From Balanoglossus misakiensis (lineage: Eukaryota > Animalia > Hemichordata): a stretch of 64,000 nt of DNA. The notes below the pieces were generated by a model, which worked only from the letters and a program-made list of their open reading frames with translations, ran no database searches and was not told where the DNA came from. The stretch is taken from positions 9,207,337 through 9,271,336 of the forward strand of contig CM082586.2 in the NCBI GenBank assembly GCA_040954595.2. Direction: 5' to 3'. This document shows positions 13,967 through 25,590 of this stretch, one piece after another. Made by a program: the position numbers and the translations under genes. Each line of letters starts with the position of its first letter. Position 1 is the first letter of the stretch.

Positions 13967-14971
13967 TAGTTAATATCCCAAATGTCATAGCAGCTGCCCC
14001 TTTAAAACAAATTCTTTTCAAAAAATGTGTTTCTAATAGATTTGGTCAGGTGGAAAGGTATGTCACACACTGTTTGCACTGAACACTGAAGTGGTTGCCA
14101 TTTTATTGACACAAATTGAATGACACGATGCATCACATTAGACTTACGGGTAAACCATTTTATTGTTAGGGGAGTGCAGCTTAGTTTCTACTCTGCCTAT
14201 TCTCTGATTTTTTTTTCTTTACTATTTGGCAGAGGCAAAATGCAGACTAGTTATGGAAGTGTTCCTAAGTAACCATGCATCAATTATTTCTATTAATCTA
14301 AGCACAACATGTAAAATATAAATCAACCAGGTAGACTCATGTCTCCCCCTACAGTAATGGTGACAATTCCTATCATAGTACCCAACTTACTCAAGTAAAC
14401 ACACTTAATGTTAGCAAACAGTCCTATAGATATAGCCTGGACCCCTGTCCCATTCCTGCTGCTGGTAGTGACAGCAGGGTTAGAAAGTGGGCAGAGAACA
14501 AGAGTATCTTACAGGCCTCTTTCATGACCCCTGTGTGACCTTACATCCTGGTGATTTGTTGGTTTGACATCATTCATCATTCAATGTTAAATACAACAGC
14601 TAATCTTTCTAACACAGGCAATGTTTAACAGTTTTGTTCAAGGATGAGAAAAAATGCATTGATTTAATAGCGTGGTTGGTAAACTCGAAATTGTATACTC
14701 ACACCAACAAAATTCCAGGATCAGGAGGTCAAAAGGGGTCATAAAAGTGGCATGATATAGCTTAGTAGCCAGTGGTGTAATATTTATATGAACTGTGCAA
14801 CTTCATGCATATTTCAATGTTATAAGTATTGACTGACATATAAAATTTCTTTGCGATGTCGAAATTCAATGAGAAGAAACAAAAGCCAAAAGTTACCACA
14901 TTTTATACTGACAATGATTTGTTTTGTACAGTTTACCCTATGGATCCAGCTATCATAAGAATAGGTCAAAT

Positions 14972-15040
14972 AATTGTAGCTTTGGTGGGCTGGTTGATCG
15001 CTGACGGGCTTGATCAACCAGCCCATCTAGGCTACAATTT
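14972..15040. repeat. Short inverted repeat (hairpin)
   Basis: AATTGTAGC..TGGGCTGGTTGATC / GATCAACCAGCCCA..GCTACAATT. Confidence 0.7.
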
Positions 15041-16104
15041 TTGCAGCTATCATAGGAAGGGCACATTCGGAATACCCCCCACTGGGCAAAAAGGTTGATA
15101 TACATTCAGTATTTTCACGTATATGGACACGTAGATTAGGAATATGCGCAAGTATACAATAGTCTGCACAGTTGTACATCTACAATCTGCACCACGTATA
15201 TGTGACGTATATTCACGTATATGGAACATACCAATGTGTTAGTATACGTGCACGTATATCTATGAAGATCACGGGTGTGCACAACGCAGACCAATGCAGA
15301 TCAAGTGCACACTATAAACATTCCAACGTATTTGTACACATTCTCAGTGCATATCTTCCTTGCTATTTGCATGACTGTGTTATTAGCATACGTTACATCA
15401 TCATCACAGACATTTACATTTGCATAGTTGAGTTCACATTCCTGGTATTTTTACATATATTTAACGCAGACCCTTCCAGAAATTACCATACATTATGTCA
15501 TCATTGTTGGCAAATATTTGCAAAATAATTTTGGGGTCATATTTAAATTACCCCAAAGGTCACAATTCTGGGGTCATCCTTCATTGTCAGGATTTGACCT
15601 TTCCTTCTTATTCACCTTTGCTGTAAATTTGTTACTATTAATCTGCTTTGAGATGCAACTGCATTTCAAAGCAGATCAATAGCAACAAATCGGTAAATGC
15701 ATATTTCAAGCCGATACACTTCCTCCCATCGTGCATCAACAAAAAACTGCTCACATAATAAAATTCACTTAAAAGGTAATTTTATTTAAAACATATAAAA
15801 TGATTAAAGACATTACATGGACAAAGAACAAAGTGTTTTGTTTTTAAATGCAAACCTAAAATCTGAAAAATAATCCTCAAAGTCTAGCTTCATTCAGTAA
15901 CTCCAAAATACCATGAAAAATTTGCTTCATCTGACATCAGATCGCCTGCTTTCACCATGTTATCCTATTAAAGGGGAAATCAGGCGTAGCTGATTTCTAC
16001 ATAATTTGGTAGTTTTGATGTCACTCTTTCAGAAAAAAAACATATTCGCCATGTATAGGTCGCGCGATTTTTTACAAAATCAAGGGAAAGTTGGCAGAAT
16101 TTCC

Positions 16105-16459
16105 AATATGGCGTTTACTGTAATTTGAATCATGGGAAAAAAAGCGCCAGGACCAACTTCCGCCCACCTTGGTGTGGGTGATACCATTTTCCGATTGGTA
16201 TCACTGCATCACAAGCTAAGCGTATTTGCATATTTTTCATGGGTTATAGCTCATGAAAACTGTCAATAGATGACAAATTTTCGACTTTGCTGATGATTGT
16301 TTATCAACTGATGCAAAGAACAAACAATAGCTATGAAAATACGCCTAGTCTGTCGCCCAGTGACACCAATCGGAGAATGGTATCACCCACACCATGGTGG
16401 GCGGAAGTTGGTCCTGGCGCTTTTTTTCCCATGATTCAAATTACAGTAAACGCCATATT
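16105..16459. repeat. ~355-bp imperfect fold-back inverted repeat (MITE-like)
   Basis: AATATGGCGTTTACTGTAATTTGAATCATGGG..CCAACTTCCGCCCACC and its reverse complement ending at 16459. Confidence 0.8.
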
Positions 16460-16668
16460 TAATTTAAGGAGAAACCAAAAATGTACAATTAAGATGGGTC
16501 CCTGGGATCTTTTTGCTCGTTGCTATGGGCCTTTATAGGACACTACACTCAATTTTGATCGAAACCGTTATGAACGTCCGACAAGGGGCTTGTAACTAGT
16601 TAAAAAGAGTGTAAAATATAAAATATGCTCGACCGCAGTTCCTGTCTTCTGAATGATCTTTATTTAAA

Positions 16669-16708
16669 ACCAACGTTTCGGCAGTACACAGACTGCCTTC
16701 TTCAGGGT
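16669..16708 (-). ncRNA. Minimal hammerhead ribozyme in PLE 3' end (copy A)
   Basis: Reverse complement reads ACC-CTGAAGA-A-GGCAGT-loop-ACTGCC-GAAAC-GTT-GGT. Confidence 0.7.
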
Positions 16709-17051
16709 ATACTAATGTAAACAAATAAAACACGATAGGAATCGGTTAAAATAGGTATGTGGTAAAAAGCAGTAAATTTCAGAAAAATAACAAAATTGGC
16801 ATTACAATAAAAGGCGTCTCTGTGTGACTAGAGGTTAAAAAATGAATGGTAATGACAAGAGTTGTACATTTCATGGGAATAAAATCACTATATATGTGTA
16901 GAATGAAGAGAGAAACCAACCTTGATACGAAGTTGCAGCGTATCGAGAAGTACAGTGATGGTGTTGGAAACTGACTCCCTAGTGTGGGGCAGAAAGATCA
17001 AATGTAGACCCCCCAGTTGAGATGAGAATAGAGGAACATGGTATGGAGGCA

Positions 17052-18812
17052 TCATCCCTCCTTACGGTTGATACCATTTGGCGATAGGGTACCAAACTTA
17101 GTAATGAAGAAGAGTTCTTTTTGACGTCGGGTTTGTGTGTTGGGGCTGAACATTTTGCAGAGGCCACTGGCATGAAAGTGACTGAGGTTGTGACCAGGTT
17201 GGTTAAAATGTTCTGAGACAGGGGTGGGTTTGTTATTTTTGATGGTGTAGATGTGTTCATATAGGCGTCGTTTGAATTCTCTTTTTGTTTCGCCTATATA
17301 TTGTTTTAGGCATTTCTGGCAGGTTATGATGTAGATAAGGTTGCGGGTAGTGCATTTGATGTTCCCAATGACTTTGTGGGTTTTGCCGGTGTGTGTGCTT
17401 GTGATGGTGTCTGTTTCTGAAATAAAGGGACATTGGTTGCATTTGCCACATCGTTTGGTGTCGCCAGTAGTGCGATCGATGGGTGTGGTTTTCAGGTTTG
17501 CTCTTACAAGGATCTTCCTCATGTTGGGGGATTGTTTGTACGCTGTTATTGGTAATTCCTTAATGGCCTTGTTTATTTCTGTGTCATTGGAAATAATGCC
17601 CCAGTGTTTGGTGAGAATGTCGGAAATTTTGGGGAGGACAGGATTGAAGGTGACAACCAAGGGAATTCTTTGGTTGTGTCGTCTGGGGCTCGAGTGGTTG
17701 GCGTTGATGAGTTGTTTTCTGTCTAGGTTCTTCGCTTTGTTGATGTCATGGTCGATCTTATGTGGATTATAGCCCCTTGCCCTGAAATGCTCTCTCAGAT
17801 CACTAGTGGCTTTGTCATATGACTGGTCGCTTGAACAAATGCGGCGGTAACGTAGAGTCTGACTCCAAGTGATAGAACCGAAAACGTGTTTTGGGTGGCA
17901 GGAGTTGTGCCACAGATAAGTGTGTTGGTCTGTGGGTTTGCTATATATGGTGGTGTGGATTTTGTTTTCTTGTATGCTCATAGAAGTATCTAGAAAGGGT
18001 ACATTAACAGAGTTAAATTCCATGGTAAATTTGATGGTGGGGTGAATTTGATTGCAAAATTTGTGGAAGGAGTGAAGATTTTCTACACCATGGGTCCATA
18101 TGAAACGGATGTCATCAATGTAGCGTCGCCAGTGTATAGGTTTGTGTTCAGCATTTTGCAGAATCATGTTTTCGATTTTGCCCATGGCGAGGTTTGCATA
18201 AGAGGGGGCGACCTTTGACCCCATGGCCGTACCGTGTGTCTGTAGGAAGTACCTATCTTTAAAAATAAAGAAATTGTGTTCTAAAATAAAGTGTAACATT
18301 TCAATCGTAAGTTGAGGGCTATTTACATTATGGTCAATAAGATATTCCTTAGCTGCTGCCAAACCAAAATCGTGGGGGATATTAGTATAGAGTGCTTGTA
18401 CATCCATAGTGACAATAAGAGCATTGTTGGGTATGGTGGTTTGATCAATGTCTTGTAGATGGTGATTAGTGTCCTTGATATATGACGGGAGGGATTTAAC
18501 AATAGGTTGGAGGACGTAATCGGCAAAGGTGGAAATGGGCGTGGTCAGAGCTTGACATTGTGGTATTATGGGGCGTAATGGAGTGTCTTTCTTATGTACC
18601 TTAGGAAGTCCATAGAAGTGTCCTGGTCTTGGTTCCTGGGGAAATAAGTTGGCGGCTGTATCATTGGATATCCAGTTTTTGCGTCTCCATCGGTTGATAT
18701 TCTTTTGTAGTTCTGTAGTGTAGGTTTCTGTTGGGTCATCATCGAGTTGCTTGTAGAATTTAGTGTCTTCAAGGAGATCTTCGCATTTCTTGTTGTACCA
18801 TGTTTGGTCCAT
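17052..18812 (-). CDS. Penelope-like RT + GIY-YIG endonuclease (Neptune-like), N-terminally truncated
   Basis: FYGLPKVHK, PLRPII, MDVQALYTNIP, GTAMGS, RYIDD, PFLD, CGKCNQC, LIYIITC..YIGET; frame open upstream as DNL..DIIIKPADKGG. Confidence 0.93.
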   Translation of the reverse strand: MDQTWYNKKCEDLLEDTKFYKQLDDDPTETYTTELQKNINRWRRKNWISNDTAANLFPQEPRPGHFYGLPKVHKKDTPLRPIIPQCQALTTPISTFADYVLQPIVKSLPSYIKDTNHHLQDIDQTTIPNNALIVTMDVQALYTNIPHDFGLAAAKEYLIDHNVNSPQLTIEMLHFILEHNFFIFKDRYFLQTHGTAMGSKVAPSYANLAMGKIENMILQNAEHKPIHWRRYIDDIRFIWTHGVENLHSFHKFCNQIHPTIKFTMEFNSVNVPFLDTSMSIQENKIHTTIYSKPTDQHTYLWHNSCHPKHVFGSITWSQTLRYRRICSSDQSYDKATSDLREHFRARGYNPHKIDHDINKAKNLDRKQLINANHSSPRRHNQRIPLVVTFNPVLPKISDILTKHWGIISNDTEINKAIKELPITAYKQSPNMRKILVRANLKTTPIDRTTGDTKRCGKCNQCPFISETDTITSTHTGKTHKVIGNIKCTTRNLIYIITCQKCLKQYIGETKREFKRRLYEHIYTIKNNKPTPVSEHFNQPGHNLSHFHASGLCKMFSPNTQTRRQKELFFITKFGTLSPNGINRKEG

Positions 18813-18914
18813 GACGACTATGCTGCCTCCCTTGTCTGCAGGTTTGATGATAATATCTTTTCGGGCTTTTAGTTGATTAAGTGAGATACGTTCCCCCGGT
18901 GGTAAGTTATCCCA

Positions 18915-20402
18915 GGATAACTTACCACCGGGGGAACGTATCTCACTTAATCAACTAAAAGCCCGAAAAGATATTATCATCAAACCTGCAGACAAGGGAG
19001 GCAGCATAGTCGTCATGGACCAAACATGGTACAACAAGAAATGCGAAGATCTCCTTGAAGACACTAAATTCTACAAGCAACTCGATGATGACCCAACAGA
19101 AACCTACACTACAGAACTACAAAAGAATATCAACCGATGGAGACGCAAAAACTGGATATCCAATGATACAGCCGCCAACTTATTTCCCCAGGAACCAAGA
19201 CCAGGACACTTCTATGGACTTCCTAAGGTACATAAGAAAGACACTCCATTACGCCCCATAATACCACAATGTCAAGCTCTGACCACGCCCATTTCCACCT
19301 TTGCCGATTACGTCCTCCAACCTATTGTTAAATCCCTCCCGTCATATATCAAGGACACTAATCACCATCTACAAGACATTGATCAAACCACCATACCCAA
19401 CAATGCTCTTATTGTCACTATGGATGTACAAGCACTCTATACTAATATCCCCCACGATTTTGGTTTGGCAGCAGCTAAGGAATATCTTATTGACCATAAT
19501 GTAAATAGCCCTCAACTTACGATTGAAATGTTACACTTTATTTTAGAACACAATTTCTTTATTTTTAAAGATAGGTACTTCCTACAGACACACGGTACGG
19601 CCATGGGGTCAAAGGTCGCCCCCTCTTATGCAAACCTCGCCATGGGCAAAATCGAAAACATGATTCTGCAAAATGCTGAACACAAACCTATACACTGGCG
19701 ACGCTACATTGATGACATCCGTTTCATATGGACCCATGGTGTAGAAAATCTTCACTCCTTCCACAAATTTTGCAATCAAATTCACCCCACCATCAAATTT
19801 ACCATGGAATTTAACTCTGTTAATGTACCCTTTCTAGATACTTCTATGAGCATACAAGAAAACAAAATCCACACCACCATATATAGCAAACCCACAGACC
19901 AACACACTTATCTGTGGCACAACTCCTGCCACCCAAAACACGTTTTCGGTTCTATCACTTGGAGTCAGACTCTACGTTACCGCCGCATTTGTTCAAGCGA
20001 CCAGTCATATGACAAAGCCACTAGTGATCTGAGAGAGCATTTCAGGGCAAGGGGCTATAATCCACATAAGATCGACCATGACATCAACAAAGCGAAGAAC
20101 CTAGACAGAAAACAACTCATCAACGCCAACCACTCGAGCCCCAGACGACACAACCAAAGAATTCCCTTGGTTGTCACCTTCAATCCTGTCCTCCCCAAAA
20201 TTTCCGACATTCTCACCAAACACTGGGGCATTATTTCCAATGACACAGAAATAAACAAGGCCATTAAGGAATTACCAATAACAGCGTACAAACAATCCCC
20301 CAACATGAGGAAGATCCTTGTAAGAGCAAACCTGAAAACCACACCCATCGATCGCACTACTGGCGACACCAAACGATGTGGCAAATGCAACCAATGTCCC
20401 TT
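18915..20402 (+). mobile_element. Penelope-like element copy B (5'- and 3'-truncated)
   Basis: Mirror of 17425-18912; breaks off after CNQCP, before the GIY-YIG domain. Confidence 0.92.
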
Positions 20403-20409
20403 GCTCTGA
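19015..20409 (+). pseudogene. Truncated Penelope-like RT lacking the endonuclease
   Basis: Identical translation to the other copies until the 20402 junction. Confidence 0.88.
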
Positions 20410-23244
20410 CTGACTCGATAACTCTACAATTAATGTGGATTAATTAAATGTTGACAGAATGAAGAGTGCAGATATGAAGTCAAGTTTGGCCCACAAAACT
20501 TCAGTTATGTGTTCCACTATTTATGAAAAAGCAAATTAATTTAATAACTTCACATTGCAATAGTAAACCAAGTAGTCATTACCATCACATGAATGTCGCC
20601 AAAAACCAACATGAGAACGTGGAATGAGAATTGTGTAATATTAATTGCAGCTTCCGCAATATATTTTGTTTGACCCTTTATATTTACATTTTGTGCAGGG
20701 ATTGTTTTGCCATTTATGGCTGTGTACAATCGAATCTGCAAAACTGATAACAGTTTCATAAATACTCTGTGTGCCATCATGATTCTGACAAATAGATGCT
20801 TATTTTTCTTTGTAGTGCAGCTTGTATTTACTTATTGACTTTTATACAGATACAGTCTTCAAAATCAAATGATTAGCTAGACGACGCAATCCCAACAAAA
20901 CTAACTTGCCAGTTGAACTCAAGACTGCAACATCGTGATATGGTGTAATTTGTGAATGAATTTCAAGGCAATGTTAATGACACAACAATGCAATGGCTTC
21001 CCCGGAAGATAAAGACCCACAGGTAAGTTACTTTTGAACTGAATTTACGCTGTCCGTCTCATCATGACCACCCATAATCTATCAACAGGTGTTTCAGAAT
21101 AAATATCCGTCTGCTGAGATTTTTCTTGGTTCAAGTGGACTGAAACATTTGAACGACAAAATTTACAAATTACCACCCGGACAGAACGTGTCGCAGCAAA
21201 ATTAAAGTTGTGAAAACTTGACAAATTGTCGATGAAATTCAACACTGCAGACAGCAACTTGTAGACACGGCAATATATGTGTGCTCACATTTGCATGTTA
21301 GCTCCAATTGCAAGTCAGCTCAAACCAGCTCTGTGCTATGCGCGTTTTGTACGCCTAAAATATTAGTCCATGAATCTGACTTGTTCTACAAGACATCAAA
21401 TGACTGTCCAAACATCTGTGGAAAGGTGAATCAGTCAGTCAGTCTATCCGTCAGTTGTGAGTGGGGTGTCTGTGTTGGATCGAGAGACTGTGAGTGGGGC
21501 ACACAACTTTTAACAATGACATCATGGAAACTGTTTGTTGTTTGTGCTGGACGTACAAAGTTTTTACTAGTAATAAATTGCTCGTCATATTTTATTATCA
21601 CAATCCAAAGTTTTCAATCTATGTCTGTATTACTGTATAGTCAATCATTCTCGAGTCTGATTAGCATCTCTTCAGTGGCTCACTCCACATAGATACCAAT
21701 TACCATATCAACAGACAATGACCTTTCTGACCTGTGCGAGTTCATTCAAGGTGACACAATTGTCGATTGTAAGCGAACAGTGTTTCAGCCGCACTCAGTT
21801 TAATGTCATGCTAACCTATGATCACTTGGCTATCAGGTTTTATTGGGCCAGTGGCATGCTTGATCTAGATGTTATTTTTGGAAGCAAAGTTGACGGCTAG
21901 ATACTAGACTAGGATAGTGCATGATCACATACACGCCAAGATGAATCATTATAAACACAGAAATCATAGTGTCCTTCATAGTTGCATAGGTGTATGCAGG
22001 GACAGTTAAATTCTCTTCATCTTAATTTCATTCAAAAGCCTTGAATGCTAAATTTTCATGTTGGGATCGGTACGTAACAGCTTGAAAATGTAATTCGCCC
22101 ATGCAGTCAAATTTAGATAACAAGAAACAATGTTCTCTTTGTGTAGCCCTTATTAGAAAGGACAGGTATGGTCCCCTTTGGCCATAATGCCCTGACCATA
22201 TCATCGATCGCCTCATGGTATCACACAAACAAACACACAAAATGTTGAGTGGTTTACGAGGGTACTCGTTCTAAGCTATTTTCTTCATGATGTTTAGAGA
22301 TGGCAAAACGTTGACAATAGCAAAGATGCTGAAAGCCAGTTACCAAACATTCTTTGAGAAATTGTGTTAAAGATGTATGATCAGTAAAATTGAACGTGTT
22401 GTTATTTCTCTTAAGATGGGTCCCTGGGATCTTTTTGCCCGTTGCTATGGGCCTTTATAGGACATTACACCCCGATTTGGACTAAGCCGTTTTCAGAGTC
22501 TAACAAGGGGCTGGTAACTAGTTGAAAATCTGCACGATTGTGAGCGCGCGCCCCCTGACGCCATTGATATGCAAATTAGCTAGGTCAAATTTCAAAAGCC
22601 TAAGGCTTTTTATTCCGTGACCTCAAAAACGAACTTGATACGTATTCATTAGTTGCTTGAACCAGGGAAGATCGTGACGGATTTTGTTTTCGAATATTAT
22701 CGTTGTATCCTACGATTTCAGCATACCCGTACCACACCTGAAAAAGTCATCGATTTTGGGTGTTTTTGGACGCACTCTTCCACTGGTATCGCTTCTTAAC
22801 ACGACGAAAACCGAAAAAACGATCCGTCACACTATGCGGAAGTGCGTTCTCAACAAGCAGGTCAAATTTGGCTGGCCTACGTCGCCTGTGAAAAAAGCCT
22901 TAGGGATTTTTGTGAACGGTACAAAATCTCTGTGTACAAAACATTGGATTTTTAGCGTTCGATCCAGTTACTGTGGTTACAGGACGCGCACGCTATCGCT
23001 GACCGCTGCTTTGCCGTATTAGCGTGGCGGCCTATGGCCGGGCGGTAGCTGCCGTAAACATACTCAGACAGGGGGTGTGCACACAATCGTGCGTATTTTT
23101 AACTAGGATAGGTAGGAAAGTCAGTCCAACTACAACTATCGAAGTTTTCAGCGGAAGGTGGGAGCACATCGGACGTAGAACAGAGTGTAAAATATAAAAT
23201 ATGCTCGACCGCAGTTCCTGTCTTCTGAATGATCTTTATTTAAA

Positions 23245-23284
23245 ACCAACGTTTCGGCAGTACACAGACTGCCTTCTTCAGGGT
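23245..23284 (-). ncRNA. Minimal hammerhead ribozyme (copy C)
   Basis: Mirror of 27695-27734. Confidence 0.7.
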
Positions 23285-23627
23285 ATACTAATGGAAACAA
23301 ATAAAACACGATAGGAATCGGTTAAAATAGGTATGTGGTAAAAAGCAGTAAATTTCAGAAAAATAACAAAATTGGCATTACAATAAAAGGCGTCTCTGTG
23401 TGACTAGAGGTTAAAAAATGAATGGTAATGACAAGAGTTGTACATTTCATGGGAATAAAATCACTATATATGTGTAGAATGAAGAGAGAAACCAACCTTG
23501 ATACGAAGTTGCAGCGTATCGAGAAGTACAGTGATGGTGTTGGAAACTGACTCCCTAGTGTGGGGCAGAAAGATCAAATGTAGACCCCCCAGTTGAGATG
23601 AGAATAGAGGAACATGGTATGGAGGCA

Positions 23628-25388
23628 TCATCCCTCCTTACGGTTGATACCATTTGGCGATAGGGTACCAAACTTAGTAATGAAGAAGAGTTCTTTTTGA
23701 CGTCGGGTTTGTGTGTTGGGGCTGAACATTTTGCAGAGGCCACTGGCATGAAAGTGACTGAGGTTGTGACCAGGTTGGTTAAAATGTTCTGAGACAGGGG
23801 TGGGTTTGTTATTTTTGATGGTGTAGATGTGTTCATATAGGCGTCGTTTGAATTCTCTTTTTGTTTCGCCTATATATTGTTTTAGGCATTTCTGGCAGGT
23901 TATGATGTAGATAAGGTTGCGGGTAGTGCATTTGATGTTCCCAATGACTTTGTGGGTTTTGCCGGTGTGTGTGCTTGTGATGGTGTCTGTTTCTGAAATA
24001 AAGGGACATTGGTTGCATTTGCCACATCGTTTGGTGTCGCCAGTAGTGCGATCGATGGGTGTGGTTTTCAGGTTTGCTCTTACAAGGATCTTCCTCATGT
24101 TGGGGGATTGTTTGTACGCTGTTATTGGTAATTCCTTAATGGCCTTGTTTATTTCTGTGTCATTGGAAATAATGCCCCAGTGTTTGGTGAGAATGTCGGA
24201 AATTTTGGGGAGGACAGGATTGAAGGTGACAACCAAGGGAATTCTTTGGTTGTGTCGTCTGGGGCTCGAGTGGTTGGCGTTGATGAGTTGTTTTCTGTCT
24301 AGGTTCTTCGCTTTGTTGATGTCATGGTCGATCTTATGTGGATTATAGCCCCTTGCCCTGAAATGCTCTCTCAGATCACTAGTGGCTTTGTCATATGACT
24401 GGTCGCTTGAACAAATGCGGCGGTAACGTAGAGTCTGACTCCAAGTGATAGAACCGAAAACGTGTTTTGGGTGGCAGGAGTTGTGCCACAGATAAGTGTG
24501 TTGGTCTGTGGGTTTGCTATATATGGTGGTGTGGATTTTGTTTTCTTGTATGCTCATAGAAGTATCTAGAAAGGGTACATTAACAGAGTTAAATTCCATG
24601 GTAAATTTGATGGTGGGGTGAATTTGATTGCAAAATTTGTGGAAGGAGTGAAGATTTTCTACACCATGGGTCCATATGAAACGGATGTCATCAATGTAGC
24701 GTCGCCAGTGTATAGGTTTGTGTTCAGCATTTTGCAGAATCATGTTTTCGATTTTGCCCATGGCGAGGTTTGCATAAGAGGGGGCGACCTTTGACCCCAT
24801 GGCCGTACCGTGTGTCTGTAGGAAGTACCTATCTTTAAAAATAAAGAAATTGTGTTCTAAAATAAAGTGTAACATTTCAATCGTAAGTTGAGGGCTATTT
24901 ACATTATGGTCAATAAGATATTCCTTAGCTGCTGCCAAACCAAAATCGTGGGGGATATTAGTATAGAGTGCTTGTACATCCATAGTGACAATAAGAGCAT
25001 TGTTGGGTATGGTGGTTTGATCAATGTCTTGTAGATGGTGATTAGTGTCCTTGATATATGACGGGAGGGATTTAACAATAGGTTGGAGGACGTAATCGGC
25101 AAAGGTGGAAATGGGCGTGGTCAGAGCTTGACATTGTGGTATTATGGGGCGTAATGGAGTGTCTTTCTTATGTACCTTAGGAAGTCCATAGAAGTGTCCT
25201 GGTCTTGGTTCCTGGGGAAATAAGTTGGCGGCTGTATCATTGGATATCCAGTTTTTGCGTCTCCATCGGTTGATATTCTTTTGTAGTTCTGTAGTGTAGG
25301 TTTCTGTTGGGTCATCATCGAGTTGCTTGTAGAATTTAGTGTCTTCAAGGAGATCTTCGCATTTCTTGTTGTACCATGTTTGGTCCAT
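23628..25388 (-). CDS. Penelope-like RT + GIY-YIG endonuclease, N-terminally truncated
   Basis: 586-aa ORF identical to 17052-18812. Confidence 0.93.
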   Translation of the reverse strand: MDQTWYNKKCEDLLEDTKFYKQLDDDPTETYTTELQKNINRWRRKNWISNDTAANLFPQEPRPGHFYGLPKVHKKDTPLRPIIPQCQALTTPISTFADYVLQPIVKSLPSYIKDTNHHLQDIDQTTIPNNALIVTMDVQALYTNIPHDFGLAAAKEYLIDHNVNSPQLTIEMLHFILEHNFFIFKDRYFLQTHGTAMGSKVAPSYANLAMGKIENMILQNAEHKPIHWRRYIDDIRFIWTHGVENLHSFHKFCNQIHPTIKFTMEFNSVNVPFLDTSMSIQENKIHTTIYSKPTDQHTYLWHNSCHPKHVFGSITWSQTLRYRRICSSDQSYDKATSDLREHFRARGYNPHKIDHDINKAKNLDRKQLINANHSSPRRHNQRIPLVVTFNPVLPKISDILTKHWGIISNDTEINKAIKELPITAYKQSPNMRKILVRANLKTTPIDRTTGDTKRCGKCNQCPFISETDTITSTHTGKTHKVIGNIKCTTRNLIYIITCQKCLKQYIGETKREFKRRLYEHIYTIKNNKPTPVSEHFNQPGHNLSHFHASGLCKMFSPNTQTRRQKELFFITKFGTLSPNGINRKEG

Positions 25389-25590
25389 GACGACTATGCT
25401 GCCTCCCTTGTCTGCAGGTTTGATGATAATATCTTTTCGGGCTTTTAGTTGATTAAGTGAGATACGTTCCCCCGGTGGTAAGTTATCCCAGGATAACTTA
25501 CCACCGGGGGAACGTATCTCACTTAATCAACTAAAAGCCCGAAAAGATATTATCATCAAACCTGCAGACAAGGGAGGCAGCATAGTCGTC

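Larger units (their letters stand above)
16607..18912 (-). mobile_element. Penelope-like element copy A (5'-truncated, lacks 75-bp tail)
   Basis: PLE ORF plus 3' UTR; abuts left target duplication CTAGTTAAAAA (16596-16606). Confidence 0.92.
23107..25488 (-). mobile_element. Penelope-like element copy C (with tail)
   Basis: Reverse complement of copy D. Confidence 0.92.

Noticed and set aside
17341-17772. Antisense ORFs within the PLE, Gypsy and LINE coding regions
   Set aside because: Shadow frames of the real ORFs.
20550-23022. Short ORFs conserved in two copies (mirror 27957-30429)
   Set aside because: Identity is due to the inverted duplication; no recognisable domains.
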